From an uncultured Gemmatimonadaceae bacterium (GTDB taxonomy: Bacteria > Gemmatimonadota > Gemmatimonadetes > Gemmatimonadales > Gemmatimonadaceae): a stretch of 64,000 nucleotides of DNA. Below the pieces are notes generated by a model, which saw only the letters and a program-made list of their open reading frames with translations, had not been told where the DNA came from and ran no database searches. The stretch lies in contig CAWFQK010000002.1 of NCBI GenBank assembly GCA_963817955.1, forward strand, positions 608,001-672,000, given 5' to 3'. The stretch's first letter is position 1, and every line of letters begins with the position of its first letter. The position numbers were made by a program, and so were the translations under genes. Below, in pieces: positions 27,912-38,550 of the stretch.

Positions 27912-30047
27912 ATGCGTTCGCATATGCTGCTCGGCTTCGCCCTATCCGCGCTTGTCGCGGATAGGGCCGACGCCCAAGTCGCAGCGCGCGACAGTACAGT
28001 TGGTCTTCCGGGCGTCACCGTCACCGCGACTCGCAGCGATGCATCGATCCTCAAGGTGCCATTCGCCATTTCCAAGATCACCGCATCAGATCTTCGCGCG
28101 GTCAGCGGCTACGGACTCGAGGACGCGCTCGCCCGCGTTCCCGGCGTGATCGCGCAATCGCGTTACGGAACGAGCGACGTCCGGCTGATCATACGCGGGT
28201 TTGGCGCGCGCGGTGCGGGTGATCGCTCGAACTCCGGAACCTCGCGCGGGATTCGTGTGCTGCTCGACGGTTTTCCTGAAACCGAGCCAGACGGCCGCAC
28301 AGCGTTCGACAACATCGATCTGGCAACAGCCGAAGCCGTTGAGGTTATCCGATCGAACGCCTCCGCGCTGTGGGGAAATGGGGCGGGCGGCGTCGTCAAC
28401 ATTCTGTCGGTGCCAACCGGCAACACGCCGTCATTCGATCTCCAGCCGGTCGTCGGTGGGTTCGGCCTCGAGCGCTATGCGCTCCGCGCATCGGCGCCGA
28501 TCGGCAACGGGACGGCCTGGCTGGCCTTCACCAACTCCTCGTTCGGCGGCTGGCGTCAGCACTCCGACGCGCGTCGATCGGTACTGAATGCCGGCGCAAC
28601 GGGAAGCGTCGGGAGGAGTTCGCGTTTGGGGATATACCTCGTGGCGACGAATAACCTGATGCACATCCCAGGTCCGCTCACGCAGGCGCAGGTTGACGCC
28701 GACCCGACCCAGGCGGATGCCGACTACCTGAGTCGCGACGAACGCCGATACGATCGTCTCGGACGTCTCGGTGTCTCGGTGGATCATGAGCTTGATCCGA
28801 CGACATCGATCTCGTCCCGGGTCTTCGTCAACCCGAAATATCTCTAGCGGTCGGAACGCAACACGTTCCGCGACTTCACCCGGTATCACATCGGCGGCAA
28901 CATCGTTGCACGGAAAGACGTCGCGATCGGCACCACGCGGTCGCACGTCACTGCTGGCGTGGACGAAGCCTATCAGGATGGATCGATCCTGTTCTATTCT
29001 CTAGCCGCCGGCTCGACGCGCGGCGCGCTGGTCGACAACAAGAGCGAAGGCGCACAGAACGTTGGCTTCTTCGCGCAGGACGAACTCGCGGTCAGCGACC
29101 GGCTGTCGTTCGTCATTGGCGGCCGCTACGACAAGATCGTCTACACCTATCGCAGCTTCCTGCCGGCGGCGCTCGTCAAGCAACAGTCGAAGGACTTCGA
29201 TCGCCTCTCGCCCAAGCTCGGACTGACCTGGATGCTCGGCAAATCCAACAGTCTCTACGCCAACGTCGGCGGCGGGATCGAGGCGCCAGCCGGGAACGAA
29301 ACCGATCAGCCGCCCACGGGTCCGATCGCAGGGGCGCTCCTCAACCCGTTGCTCGACGCGATCACGTCGACGACGTATGAGATCGGAGCGAAGTCACTCG
29401 GCATGATGGTGTTTGATACACCATTCAAGGTGGGATACGACGTGGCCGCGTACCACACGAACGTCAGGAACGAGATCATTCCCTACAGCGGTGGCCGGTA
29501 CTATCAGACAGCGGCGAAGGCTCGGCGCAACGGTGTGGAGCTCGGACTCAACGTCCAGTCCGCCCATGGTTTGTTCGCCAACGCGGCGTTCACGCTCAAC
29601 GACCACAAGTACTCCATGTACATCGTCGACTCGTCGGTCATCGATATGTCGAAGGAGGGGAAGACGGTCAACCTCAGCGGCAATCAAGTCATGGGAGTAC
29701 CGAACCTGATGTCGAACGTCGAACTGGGGAGCGAGATCCCCGGCCTGCGCACCGCGCGCATCAAGGGCGTGATGGAACATTCCGGCAAGTACTTCGCGAA
29801 CGATCTCAATACGATCGTGATTCCTGCATACACGATATTCAATGTGACAGCGGAGCTTCGAAGCCCGATCGTCGCTGCGAACGGATGGGGGGTGCGAGGA
29901 TTCGTCACGGTGCACAATGTCGCCGACACGAAGTACATCGGTTCGGCGTTCCTGAATCCAGATCTCGTCGACGGACAACCGGCAGTGTTCGAACCCGGAA
30001 TGCCACGTGCCGTGACGGTGTCATTCTCGCTCGGGCGAATACGCTAG
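27912..30047 (+). pseudogene. TonB-dependent receptor interrupted by one in-frame TAG at 28845-28847
   Basis: ORFs 27870..28847 and 28959..30047 are in the same frame and the gap reads open (PKYL*RSERNTFRDFTRYH). Contains the TonB box VTVTATR, plug (IRGFG, VLLDG, VEVIRS..SALWGN.AGGVVNI) and barrel. Confidence 0.8.
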
Positions 30048-30092
30048 TCTGCCCGTCGTGCTGGCGACTTTCCGCGCCAGGATCATGACCGG

Positions 30093-30132
30093 AAAAAGAA
30101 ACGCCCGCGCTTTCGCGCGGGCGTTTCTTTTT
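30093..30132. terminator. Bidirectional intrinsic terminator
   Basis: AAAAAGAAACGCCCGCG-CTTT-CGCGCGGGCGTTTCTTTTT between convergent genes. Confidence 0.88.
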
Positions 30133-30161
30133 CCTCTTTCCTCACCTTTCGATCATCACCC

Positions 30162-33029
30162 TCATGGCACCAGTGCGGGCGCACTGGGAGCCGGCGCATA
30201 GATGCCGTTGAACAGGAACTTGAACGTCCCGTGTGGCTGGCCGCGGAACGTGATCTCCGGGCCGAAGAGGTAGACTTTCCCCTTCCCGTAACTGGATTCG
30301 ACGACCGCTGCACCGCCCTCGAGGTAGTTCTGTCCCCATGCCCAGCCACTGCGCAGCGGACTCGAGTTGTCGAACCACGCCACCGCACGGGTGCCCTTGT
30401 TGATCGCGTCCGGCTTGAGCCGGAACACGGGACTGTTGTCGAAGAAGACGTCGAGTTGCTGCGACAGGCCCGCCGCGACCGGTTGGTTGTTGTCCACCGA
30501 CACGCGCAGGATCGAACCCGGCACATAGTACTCCTCACCGGTCAGCGCGCGATCGGGCTGCCCCGGTGCTCGCACGACCAGGTGGTTCTCGATCGGCAGA
30601 TCGAGCGCATAGCCGATCGACGTCGCCGTGCCAACGCTGATGACAGTTCCGCCGTCGTTCAGGAACTGCTTGATCGCCGGCAGGCTCTTCTCTGGTGTCA
30701 GGCTGCCCTGCATCTTCTGGAACTCGGCTGGGACTGCCGCCGCAGCGCCGCCCCGCCCACCGCCACCCCCACGGCCGGCGCTGAACGCCGAGCCGCCCGC
30801 GCCACGAATCTGCGCGCCTGAGGGGAGGAGGAGCACGTCGAACTTGCTCTTCAGGTTACCCGCGTCGATGTCCTGCGGGTACACCAGTTGATAGGGAATC
30901 TCGAATTGCTCGAACTCGTAGCGCGTCCAACCGCTCGTCATCGAGCCGCCGTATTGATCGTAGAGCGCGATCCGCTTCTGTGCGACCTTCTCGGCGTCCA
31001 TCGGACGCGCCGTCACGCCCACGAAGCTGACACCGAGATCGACTGCCGACTTCTGGATCGTCGGAAGAGCGCTGGCGCTGATGAAGTAGGTCCCCGCGGG
31101 ATACGTCTTCCCGTTTGCCTGCACGGGCGCTTTCAGCCAGAAGACCTCACCGCCACTCTTGAAGACGCGATTGATCACCGTCACTGCATCGTTGTAGTCG
31201 TGCGACAACAGGAAGCCCGCGGCGCCCTGCTGGTTGACGACCGTGCCGGCCAGCGGCTTGGCGAGCCCCTCGATGCGCTTGGTCGGCGCATCAAAACCGT
31301 CGAGCACCCGGTCGAACTTCACACCCATGTCGTAGGCCAAGGTCCAGCCGGCGTTGTCGTACGGACGCTTCGGCGGGCCGCCCGGATAGGCGAAGTCGTT
31401 CGGGTGGTCCTGCGGTTCCATCATGTCGAGCACCTGCGCGCGCGCCGCCTGTGCGGTCTTGATGACGTACGACCCAGTGGGATACTGCTTGCCATTCACC
31501 GAGAATGGTGCCGTCGCCTGATCGACGTACACGCCGACGTGGCGCAGCGTGTTCACGAATTTCGTCGCCGTCGGGAAGTCCGGCTGGTCGGCGGACAGGA
31601 TGTAACCGCGCGGATTACGTGCGTCCTTGGCATGCAGCACGTTGTTGTAGACACTCAGCTGCGCGTCGAAGGAGCCGGCAGCCCCCCCGCGTCCGGCTGG
31701 AGCCGCTGGAGCCGCTGGAGCCGCACCACGGCCGCCGCGTCCACCGCGACCAGCGGGCGCGCCAGCCTGCTCGGCCGTCCCCGCGTTCAGGGCCGCTTCC
31801 GCCGCCGCCACACGCTTGCCACTGACGGTCCAGCTGTCGGTGCTGCCCGCGTCGATCGCGTGCTTCGCCATCAGGTACTTGTCATAGAGCAGCGTCTCGC
31901 GATAGCGCGACGCCAGATCGAAGATCGCGTAATTCGCCGAAACCGAGTAGTCGATCGACTGGCGGAAGTGCCAGACCTGTGGCGCGACGGGCGCGGGCGT
32001 GTCGCCGTGCGGCAGCTGATGTTCGGCCACGAACGGAATACGCTCCGGCGTCGGGTTCCCGATCGACTCCGTGAGAATGCCGATGATGCCCTGGAAGTAG
32101 CCGATGGTGCGCAGGCCGCCATTCCACCAGGTGGAGTAGCTCGAGCCAGAGCGCATGGTGAAACCGGGCTTGTTCTCCTCGAGCAAACGCTGATGGATGG
32201 CTGCACCGACCATGTCGAGCCCCATCACCACGATCGGATCGATGTTGTAGTTGAATGGATCGCGGAACGGCGGCGAGAACATGACCGTGCCGGCGGGACC
32301 AGTCTGGTGATGGTTATACATGATCACCGGATGCCAATCCCAGAACATCAGGTGATTGATATTCTTCGTCTCGCTCAGGTTCGACATGAACGAGTCGCGA
32401 TTGTCGTCGTGGCCCGCGTATTTGTTGTAGAGCCGCGGAATGTTCATGTTCCGCTTGAGCGAATCCTGCTCCTGCATGTACCAGTTCGCCACCAGCTGCA
32501 TGCCGTCGGGATTCGCATGCACCGCCAGGATGATGTCATCCTTGAGAATGCGCTGCGTCTCTTCATCGTTGCGGCTGATGAGCTGATAGGCCGTTTCGAT
32601 GAGCTGATTCGCACCAAGGACTTCGGTGGCGTGCAGACCGCCGTCGTACCAGACGACCGCCTTCCCTTCCTTCGCCATCGCCTTGGCCTGCGCGTCGGTG
32701 AGTCCCTCGCCCTTGGCGAGTCGCATGGAGATCTGGCGGTACCGCTCGAGATTCTTGAAGTTCTCCGGCGCCGTGATGATCGCGGCGAGCTGGGGACGTC
32801 CTTCGGACGACTTCCCAATCTCGATCACCCGCATCTTGTTGGATTCGGTGCCGATCTTGTGCCAATACGCCATGAACTGGTCGTAGTTGGGGAGATAGTA
32901 GTCGTCCCCGATATTGTGGCCGAAGAATTCCTTCGGCGTCGTGATGTGAGCCTGGGCACTGGCTGATGCCGCGACAAAGAGCAGCGGCAAAACAGCGGCG
33001 CGCCATGGGCGGAGTCCCCGAAGCAACAT
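30162..33029 (-). CDS. Secreted M14-family zinc carboxypeptidase with C-terminal GATase-like domain
   Basis: Signal peptide ASASAQ; IGKSSEGR, GGLHATE (HxxE), NPDG, DDNRD, NHHQ; GGAGG RBS. Confidence 0.88.
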   Translation of the reverse strand: MLLRGLRPWRAAVLPLLFVAASASAQAHITTPKEFFGHNIGDDYYLPNYDQFMAYWHKIGTESNKMRVIEIGKSSEGRPQLAAIITAPENFKNLERYRQISMRLAKGEGLTDAQAKAMAKEGKAVVWYDGGLHATEVLGANQLIETAYQLISRNDEETQRILKDDIILAVHANPDGMQLVANWYMQEQDSLKRNMNIPRLYNKYAGHDDNRDSFMSNLSETKNINHLMFWDWHPVIMYNHHQTGPAGTVMFSPPFRDPFNYNIDPIVVMGLDMVGAAIHQRLLEENKPGFTMRSGSSYSTWWNGGLRTIGYFQGIIGILTESIGNPTPERIPFVAEHQLPHGDTPAPVAPQVWHFRQSIDYSVSANYAIFDLASRYRETLLYDKYLMAKHAIDAGSTDSWTVSGKRVAAAEAALNAGTAEQAGAPAGRGGRGGRGAAPAAPAAPAGRGGAAGSFDAQLSVYNNVLHAKDARNPRGYILSADQPDFPTATKFVNTLRHVGVYVDQATAPFSVNGKQYPTGSYVIKTAQAARAQVLDMMEPQDHPNDFAYPGGPPKRPYDNAGWTLAYDMGVKFDRVLDGFDAPTKRIEGLAKPLAGTVVNQQGAAGFLLSHDYNDAVTVINRVFKSGGEVFWLKAPVQANGKTYPAGTYFISASALPTIQKSAVDLGVSFVGVTARPMDAEKVAQKRIALYDQYGGSMTSGWTRYEFEQFEIPYQLVYPQDIDAGNLKSKFDVLLLPSGAQIRGAGGSAFSAGRGGGGGRGGAAAAVPAEFQKMQGSLTPEKSLPAIKQFLNDGGTVISVGTATSIGYALDLPIENHLVVRAPGQPDRALTGEEYYVPGSILRVSVDNNQPVAAGLSQQLDVFFDNSPVFRLKPDAINKGTRAVAWFDNSSPLRSGWAWGQNYLEGGAAVVESSYGKGKVYLFGPEITFRGQPHGTFKFLFNGIYAPAPSAPALVP

Positions 33030-33230
33030 CCAGAACCTCCAAAGCAGGTGAAAGAGGAGCAGCGTGGCAGCCGGTGCGGTGGGCCGAGCACGCGAACAAA
33101 CACGGCGACTGACGCCTAGGATAGCTTACCCCATGGAAGTACGCGGCAGAAGGGTCGCGCGCTGACAACTAGGCCGCCAAGCCGGATGCGCGTGGCGCCC
33201 CGACCGACATCAGAGCCACGCACGACCTGC

Positions 33231-33986
33231 TTAGTTCGCGCGGGTCAGGACCCTCGTCCCCTCTTCCGTAATCGCCACCGTATGCTCGAAGTGCGCCGAG
33301 AGCGAGCCGTCTAGCGTGACGATCGTCCAGCGGTCAGCCAGCGTCTTGGTCGCCGGACCGCCGACGTTCACCATCGGCTCGATGGCGATCGTGAGCCCGG
33401 GTACGAGCTTCTCGCGCCGCTTCGGCTTGCCATAGTTCGGCACCTGCGGATCCTCGTGGAACTCCACGCCGATGCCGTGGCCTACGAGATCGCGCACCAC
33501 GCTGAAGCCCGCGCTCTCGACCACCGTCTGTACGGCCGCGCCGATGTCGCCGATATGATTGCCAATGACGGCCGCCGCGATGCCTGCCTCGAGCGACTGC
33601 AGCGTAACGTCGAGCAGCCGCTGCGCCTGCGCACTGATTGCACCAACCGCCACCGTCGTCGCACTATCGGTGAAGTAGCCCTTGTAACCCACACCGACAT
33701 CGAGCGACACGATATCGCCTTCCTTCAGCACACGCTTCTTTGACGGAATCCCGTGTACGATCTCGCTGTTCACCGACGAGCAGATGCTGCCGGGAAATCC
33801 GTACAGCCCCTTGAACGCCGGCGTGGCACCTTCGTGGCTGCGAATGAAATCTTCGGCAATCGTGTCGAGCTCTCCTGTGGAGATGCCCGGATGCACCGCG
33901 AGGCGCAGATGTTCGACCGTGGCGCCGAGAATCTTGCCTCCCGTCGCCATGAGGTCGATCTCGCGCGCCGACTTGAGCTGGATCAC
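33231..33986 (-). CDS. map: Methionine aminopeptidase type I
   Basis: SVNSEIVHGIP, DVG..YFTDSA, GHGIG..FHEDP, AIEPM, SAHFEHT; GTG start overlapping the adk stop. Confidence 0.97.
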   Translation of the reverse strand: MIQLKSAREIDLMATGGKILGATVEHLRLAVHPGISTGELDTIAEDFIRSHEGATPAFKGLYGFPGSICSSVNSEIVHGIPSKKRVLKEGDIVSLDVGVGYKGYFTDSATTVAVGAISAQAQRLLDVTLQSLEAGIAAAVIGNHIGDIGAAVQTVVESAGFSVVRDLVGHGIGVEFHEDPQVPNYGKPKRREKLVPGLTIAIEPMVNVGGPATKTLADRWTIVTLDGSLSAHFEHTVAITEEGTRVLTRAN

Positions 33987-34618
33987 GGAACGAGCGCTCC
34001 CAGCGCGCGTGCGGTCACATCCTGAACGGCGCCAACGGCATTCACTACGACCACCTTGCCGCCGTTCTTCTGGTACCATTGCAGCACGGGCGCCGTCTGT
34101 TCGTCGTACACGCGAAGCCGCGTGCGGATCGCATCGGGCTCGTCGTCCTTGCGGCGAACGAGCGTGCCGCCACACTTCTCGCAGACACTGCCGGCATCGC
34201 GCCCCATATACGGCGTCTGGCAGGCCTCGCACACCGTACGGCCGCTGAGCCGCCGGACGATTTCGTCATTCTCGATATCGAACATCAGCACCGCGTCTAC
34301 TTTGCGGCCGAGCGTCTTGAGCATGTGATCGAGCCCTTCCGCTTGCGGCACCGTGCGCACGACGCCGTCAAGAATGACGCCATTGGCGTACTGTGGCCGG
34401 CTCAACTCTTCACCGACGATGCCGAGAATCACGGAGTCCGGCACGAGCTCGCCGCGCTCCATACACCCCTTGGCCTCGAGCCCCAGCCTGGTACCGGCGC
34501 GCACCGCGGCGCGCAGCACATCACCCGTGGCCAGCGTCGGCACGCCGAGCTCCGCGGCCAGCAACGGCGCCTGCGTGCCTTTTCCGGCACCGGGTTTCCC
34601 GAAGAGGACGATAATCAT
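33983..34618 (-). CDS. adk: Adenylate kinase with Zn-binding LID
   Basis: GKPGAGKGTQA, GELVPD, CEAC...CEKC. Confidence 0.97.
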   Translation of the reverse strand: MIIVLFGKPGAGKGTQAPLLAAELGVPTLATGDVLRAAVRAGTRLGLEAKGCMERGELVPDSVILGIVGEELSRPQYANGVILDGVVRTVPQAEGLDHMLKTLGRKVDAVLMFDIENDEIVRRLSGRTVCEACQTPYMGRDAGSVCEKCGGTLVRRKDDEPDAIRTRLRVYDEQTAPVLQWYQKNGGKVVVVNAVGAVQDVTARALGALVP

Positions 34619-34667
34619 AGGGCTAGTTGCTGGACACGAGATGAATGGGAGGTGGATCAACGTGGAA

Positions 34668-34695
34668 AGAGGCCCGGCGAAAGCCGGGCCTCTCC
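34668..34695 (-). terminator. Hairpin between secY and adk
   Basis: AGAGGCCCGGC-TTTC-GCCGGGCCTCT followed by TTCC; short U tract. Confidence 0.55.
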
Positions 34696-34728
34696 GTACA
34701 ATCTAAGGTCGTCAGGTCTATCCGCTGT

Positions 34729-36066
34729 CTAGAACCCACCAGGCGCGCCCTGCCGTCCACGGAACCGAACGCGGCCCTTCTTCATGAAGCCGTCGTATTT
34801 GCGGAGGAGGAGGTGCTGGTTCATCTGCTGGATCGTGTCGAGCGCAACGCCGACGACGATGAGCAGCGAGGTACCGCCGAAGTTGAACGGGACGTTCACC
34901 GTCTTGAGCACCCAGATCGGAAGCAGTGCGACCAGCGTCAGGAAGAGCGCGCCCGGAAGCGTGATCTTCGATACGACGTCGTCGATGTACTCCGCGGTTT
35001 TCGCGCCGGGCTTCACGCCCGGAATGAAGCCACCCTGCTTCTTCAGATTCTCCGCCAGATCGACCGGATTGAAGATGATCGACGTATAGAAGTACGTGAA
35101 GAACAGGATGAGGATGGCCGAGAAGATGTAGTACAAGGTCGAACCAGGCGCCATCAGGTCGGCAAAGTCGCGCATGCGGGCGCTGCCCATGAACTGCGCA
35201 ACCGCACCCGGCACGACGATTACCGACTGCGCGAACACGATCGGCATCACGCCGGACGAGTTGATACGCAGCGGAATGAAGCTGCGGCTCGCCTCGCGCA
35301 TCCGGCCCCGCGCCATCGTGCGCTGCGGAATCTGAATGAGCACGCGCCGCGCCGCCATCGTCACCGCGACCACCGAGGCCACGACGGCAATCATGATCAC
35401 GATCAGTACGATCATGGAGAACGCACCCACCACACCCGTACTGATGAAGTTGAATGACTGAAAGATGCCTGGCCAGATCCGCTCGACGATCGAGAAGAAG
35501 ATCATGAGGCTGGCGCCGTTGCCGATGCCGCGCTCCGTGATCTGCTCACCGAGCCACATCACGAAGATTGCGCCAACGGTGAGAAAGAACGCCATTGACA
35601 TGCGGAAGCTGAACCCCGGATTCGCTACCGCGCCCGGGATCGACTCGGCAAAGATCGAGAAGCCCCAGCCCTGCACCGCAGCCAGCGCCACCGTCGCGTA
35701 ACGCGACCACTGATTGATCTTCTTCCGGCCTTCCTCGTCCTTCGACATCTTGTCGATCTGCGGCACCACGGCCTGTGCAATCTGCTGGAAGATGCTTGCC
35801 GAGATGTACGGCATGATCCCCAACGCGAACACCGTGGCCCGTGCGAGCTGGCCACCGGTGAACAGGTTGTACAGACCCAGCAGCCCGCCGCCGTTCTTCT
35901 GCGAATTGATGAAATCGCCGATCGCCTGCGGGTTGATACCCGGCGAGGTGATCGCTGCGCCGATCCGGTAGATCAACAGGCACAGAAGAGTGAAGAGGAT
36001 CTTGTCCTTCAGCTCGGGAGTCTTGAACAGACTCTGAACTGCCGACGCTGCGTTGTTTTGGGCCAT
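34729..36066 (-). CDS. secY: Preprotein translocase subunit SecY
   Basis: FALGIMPYISASI, WLGEQITERGIGNG, FIPGVKPG, FGGTSLLIVVGV. Confidence 0.98.
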   Translation of the reverse strand: MAQNNAASAVQSLFKTPELKDKILFTLLCLLIYRIGAAITSPGINPQAIGDFINSQKNGGGLLGLYNLFTGGQLARATVFALGIMPYISASIFQQIAQAVVPQIDKMSKDEEGRKKINQWSRYATVALAAVQGWGFSIFAESIPGAVANPGFSFRMSMAFFLTVGAIFVMWLGEQITERGIGNGASLMIFFSIVERIWPGIFQSFNFISTGVVGAFSMIVLIVIMIAVVASVVAVTMAARRVLIQIPQRTMARGRMREASRSFIPLRINSSGVMPIVFAQSVIVVPGAVAQFMGSARMRDFADLMAPGSTLYYIFSAILILFFTYFYTSIIFNPVDLAENLKKQGGFIPGVKPGAKTAEYIDDVVSKITLPGALFLTLVALLPIWVLKTVNVPFNFGGTSLLIVVGVALDTIQQMNQHLLLRKYDGFMKKGRVRFRGRQGAPGGF

Positions 36067-36067
36067 G

Positions 36068-36535
36068 TTACTCCTCGACACGGCCTCCGGCCGCGACAAT
36101 TTTTTCACGGGCACCGGCGCTGACCTTCAGCCCCTTCACCGTGATGGCCTGCGTGATCTCTCCATTCGAGAGCACCTTGACCTGACCCTTGGTGGCCTTG
36201 ATCAACCCCACCTCGGCGAGCGACTCCCGGGTAATCTCACCAGAGAGCTTCTGCAAATCGTCCAGACGGATGATCTGCGACTCGACTCGGAATGGGTTCG
36301 TGAAGCCGCGCTTCGGTAGACGACGCGTGATGGGCATCTGGCCGCCTTCGAAATGCGGCTTGCCACCACCTGGACCGTGATGCCCTGCGCGCGCTTTGCT
36401 ACCCTTGTGTCCCTTGCCGGACGTCTTACCCGTGCCAGAGCCCGGACCGCGGCCAAGGCGCTTGCGATTCTTGGTCGCACCGGGAGCGGCGCTCAGGTTG
36501 TGCAGCCCGATCTTCGAGCCCGTATCTCCTGCCAT
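36068..36535 (-). CDS. rplO: 50S ribosomal protein L15
   Basis: RLGRGPGSGTGKTSGKGHKG, FEGGQMP, LPKRGF. Confidence 0.98.
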   Translation of the reverse strand: MAGDTGSKIGLHNLSAAPGATKNRKRLGRGPGSGTGKTSGKGHKGSKARAGHHGPGGGKPHFEGGQMPITRRLPKRGFTNPFRVESQIIRLDDLQKLSGEITRESLAEVGLIKATKGQVKVLSNGEITQAITVKGLKVSAGAREKIVAAGGRVEE

Positions 36536-36796
36536 CTACTTACCCTCCTCGACCAGCGCCACCTCGACAAGGTGGCGGACCTGCTTGAGTTGACCCTTCA
36601 GTCCAGGCGTGATCGCCTTCACCACGATGTCCTGGTGATGCTTGAGACCTATCGCCTCGAGCGTCGCGCGCATGCGCCACGAATGCCCAATACCGCTCCG
36701 GATCTGCTTGATGCGAACGTTGCCCGTTTCGGGGAGGTTCTGCTTCGGCGTCTTGGCCGGCCCCTTGCTCGGATGCCAAACGAATGTACGCGGCAT
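36536..36796 (-). CDS. rpmD: 50S ribosomal protein L30 with N-terminal extension
   Basis: VRIKQIRSGIG...TLEAIGL...V.HLVEV; operon position. Confidence 0.92.
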   Translation of the reverse strand: MPRTFVWHPSKGPAKTPKQNLPETGNVRIKQIRSGIGHSWRMRATLEAIGLKHHQDIVVKAITPGLKGQLKQVRHLVEVALVEEGK

Positions 36797-37644
36797 TAGA
36801 CCCTCTCCTTCGACTTGGCACGCGACCGGTACTGCAGGCTCGAGACCTCGATGCCGCGCTCGCGCGCGATCTGTTCGACGGTCGTCAAGTGCTGCAATCC
36901 GTCCATCGCCGCGCGCACCATGTTGTGCGGGTTCGTGGACCCGAGGCTCTTCGTAAGAATGTCTGAAATACCGGCGCACTCCATCACGGCGCGAACGGCG
37001 CCGCCGGCGATCACACCGGCACCAGGCGCAGCGGGCTTCATGAGGACTTTGCCAGCGCCATGCTTGCCGACGATTTCGTGCGGAATGGTGCCGCCCGTGA
37101 GCGGGATATTCACCATGTTGCGACGCGCAGCGTCAACAGCCTTGCGGACTGCCTCCGACACTTCGTTCGCTTTGCCCGACGCGAAGCCGACTTTGCCCTG
37201 GCCATCACCGACTGCCACGAGCGCGTTGAAAGAGAACCGGCGACCGCCCTTCACGACCTTCGCGACGCGATTGATGGCGATCACATTCTCGACGAGATCG
37301 CTGCCCTCGCCGCCACGACCGCGATCGTCACCGCCACGCCCGCCTTCACGTCCACCACGTCCGCCACGGTCACCACCGCCTCGGTTGTCACCGCCGCCTG
37401 GACCACCGCCGCCGGGACCACCGCGACCGCGACCCGCGCCACCACCGCCTGGAGCACCTCGGCCACGACCAGCGCCAGCGCCGCCACGGCCACGGCCACC
37501 GCCACCGCTGCGAGCACCACCGCCGCCGCCACCGGGACCACGACCGCCGCCGAAGCCGCCGCCCTGACCGCCCGTGGCGCCCTGGCCAGTCCGCTCACCG
37601 CCGCCGGTCGAGCCGGCTGGCGTCGAATTCTTATTCTGTTCCAT
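36796..37644 (-). CDS. rpsE: 30S ribosomal protein S5 with ~115-aa Gly/Arg-rich N-terminal extension
   Basis: [37 protein letters not shown]. Confidence 0.97.
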   Translation of the reverse strand: MEQNKNSTPAGSTGGGERTGQGATGGQGGGFGGGRGPGGGGGGARSGGGGRGRGGAGAGRGRGAPGGGGAGRGRGGPGGGGPGGGDNRGGGDRGGRGGREGGRGGDDRGRGGEGSDLVENVIAINRVAKVVKGGRRFSFNALVAVGDGQGKVGFASGKANEVSEAVRKAVDAARRNMVNIPLTGGTIPHEIVGKHGAGKVLMKPAAPGAGVIAGGAVRAVMECAGISDILTKSLGSTNPHNMVRAAMDGLQHLTTVEQIARERGIEVSSLQYRSRAKSKERV

Positions 37645-37995
37645 TTAGAACTCCAACCCGCCTTCGCGGGCTCCGTCGGCCACCGCTTTCACGCGGCCGT
37701 GATACTTGTACCCGGCGCGGTCGAACACGACAGTCGTGATTCCCGCTTCCTTTGCCCGGGCGGCGATGCGCTTGCCTACCTCGACCGATTTCTCCGTCTT
37801 CTTGCCGACGATGTCCGTACTGGTCACCGTCATCAGCGTGCGGCCGGCGTCGTCGTCGACGAGCTGCGCGGTGATGTGCTTGAGCGAACGGAACACGACG
37901 AGACGCGGACGCGCCGCCGTACCCGACAATTTTTTGCGCACGCGGAGATGGCGACGAAAGCGATACTGCTCGCGTGTCTTCGGAATTGCTGGCAT
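37645..37995 (-). CDS. rplR: 50S ribosomal protein L18
   Basis: [23 protein letters not shown]. Confidence 0.98.
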   Translation of the reverse strand: MPAIPKTREQYRFRRHLRVRKKLSGTAARPRLVVFRSLKHITAQLVDDDAGRTLMTVTSTDIVGKKTEKSVEVGKRIAARAKEAGITTVVFDRAGYKYHGRVKAVADGAREGGLEF

Positions 37996-37997
37996 GG

Positions 37998-38537
37998 TTA
38001 CTTGCCCCCCGCCTTACCGGCCTTACGGCGAATGACTTCGCCAGCGTATTTGATGCCCTTCCCCTTGTATGGTTCGGGGGGACGGAGGTTGCGTAGCTCA
38101 GCTGCGACCTGGCCAACGAGCGCCTTGTCCGACCCGGCAATGATGATCGCCGTTGGCTGCGGCGCGGTCAGTTTGATGCCGGCCGGCGCCTTGTACTCGA
38201 TCGTGTGCGAGAAGCCCAGAGCGAGCTGCAGTCCGTAGGGACGCACTTCTGCCTTGTAGCCGACGCCCGTGATCTCGAGCTGTTTCTTGTAGCCCTTCGT
38301 CACGCCCTCCACCATGTTCGCGATCAGCGAACGGGTGAGGCCATGAAGCGACTTGTGATTCGTCTCCTCCGACGCGCGCAGCACGTTGAGCGTGTCGTTC
38401 TCGCGCTCCATCGTGATGCCGCCGGGGAGCTTGTGCGACAACTCGCCATTGGGGCCCTTCACCTTCACGGTATTACCGTCAACCGTCACCGTCACGCCGT
38501 TCGGCACGGTGATGGGAAGCTTTCCGATACGTGACAT
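37998..38537 (-). CDS. rplF: 50S ribosomal protein L6
   Basis: [18 protein letters not shown]. Confidence 0.98.
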   Translation of the reverse strand: MSRIGKLPITVPNGVTVTVDGNTVKVKGPNGELSHKLPGGITMERENDTLNVLRASEETNHKSLHGLTRSLIANMVEGVTKGYKKQLEITGVGYKAEVRPYGLQLALGFSHTIEYKAPAGIKLTAPQPTAIIIAGSDKALVGQVAAELRNLRPPEPYKGKGIKYAGEVIRRKAGKAGGK

Positions 38538-38550
38538 GGTCGTTGATCTC

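Noticed and set aside
28845..28847. Genome-wide TAG recoding or pyrrolysine use
   Set aside because: TAG ends many conserved genes at their expected C-termini (purA, rplA, rpsG, secY) and no pyl genes or suppressor tRNA are in the window.
31695..31722. GCTGGAGCC x3 repeat and GRGG runs inside the M14 peptidase
   Set aside because: In-frame low-complexity linker ([18 protein letters not shown]); no sign of phase variation.
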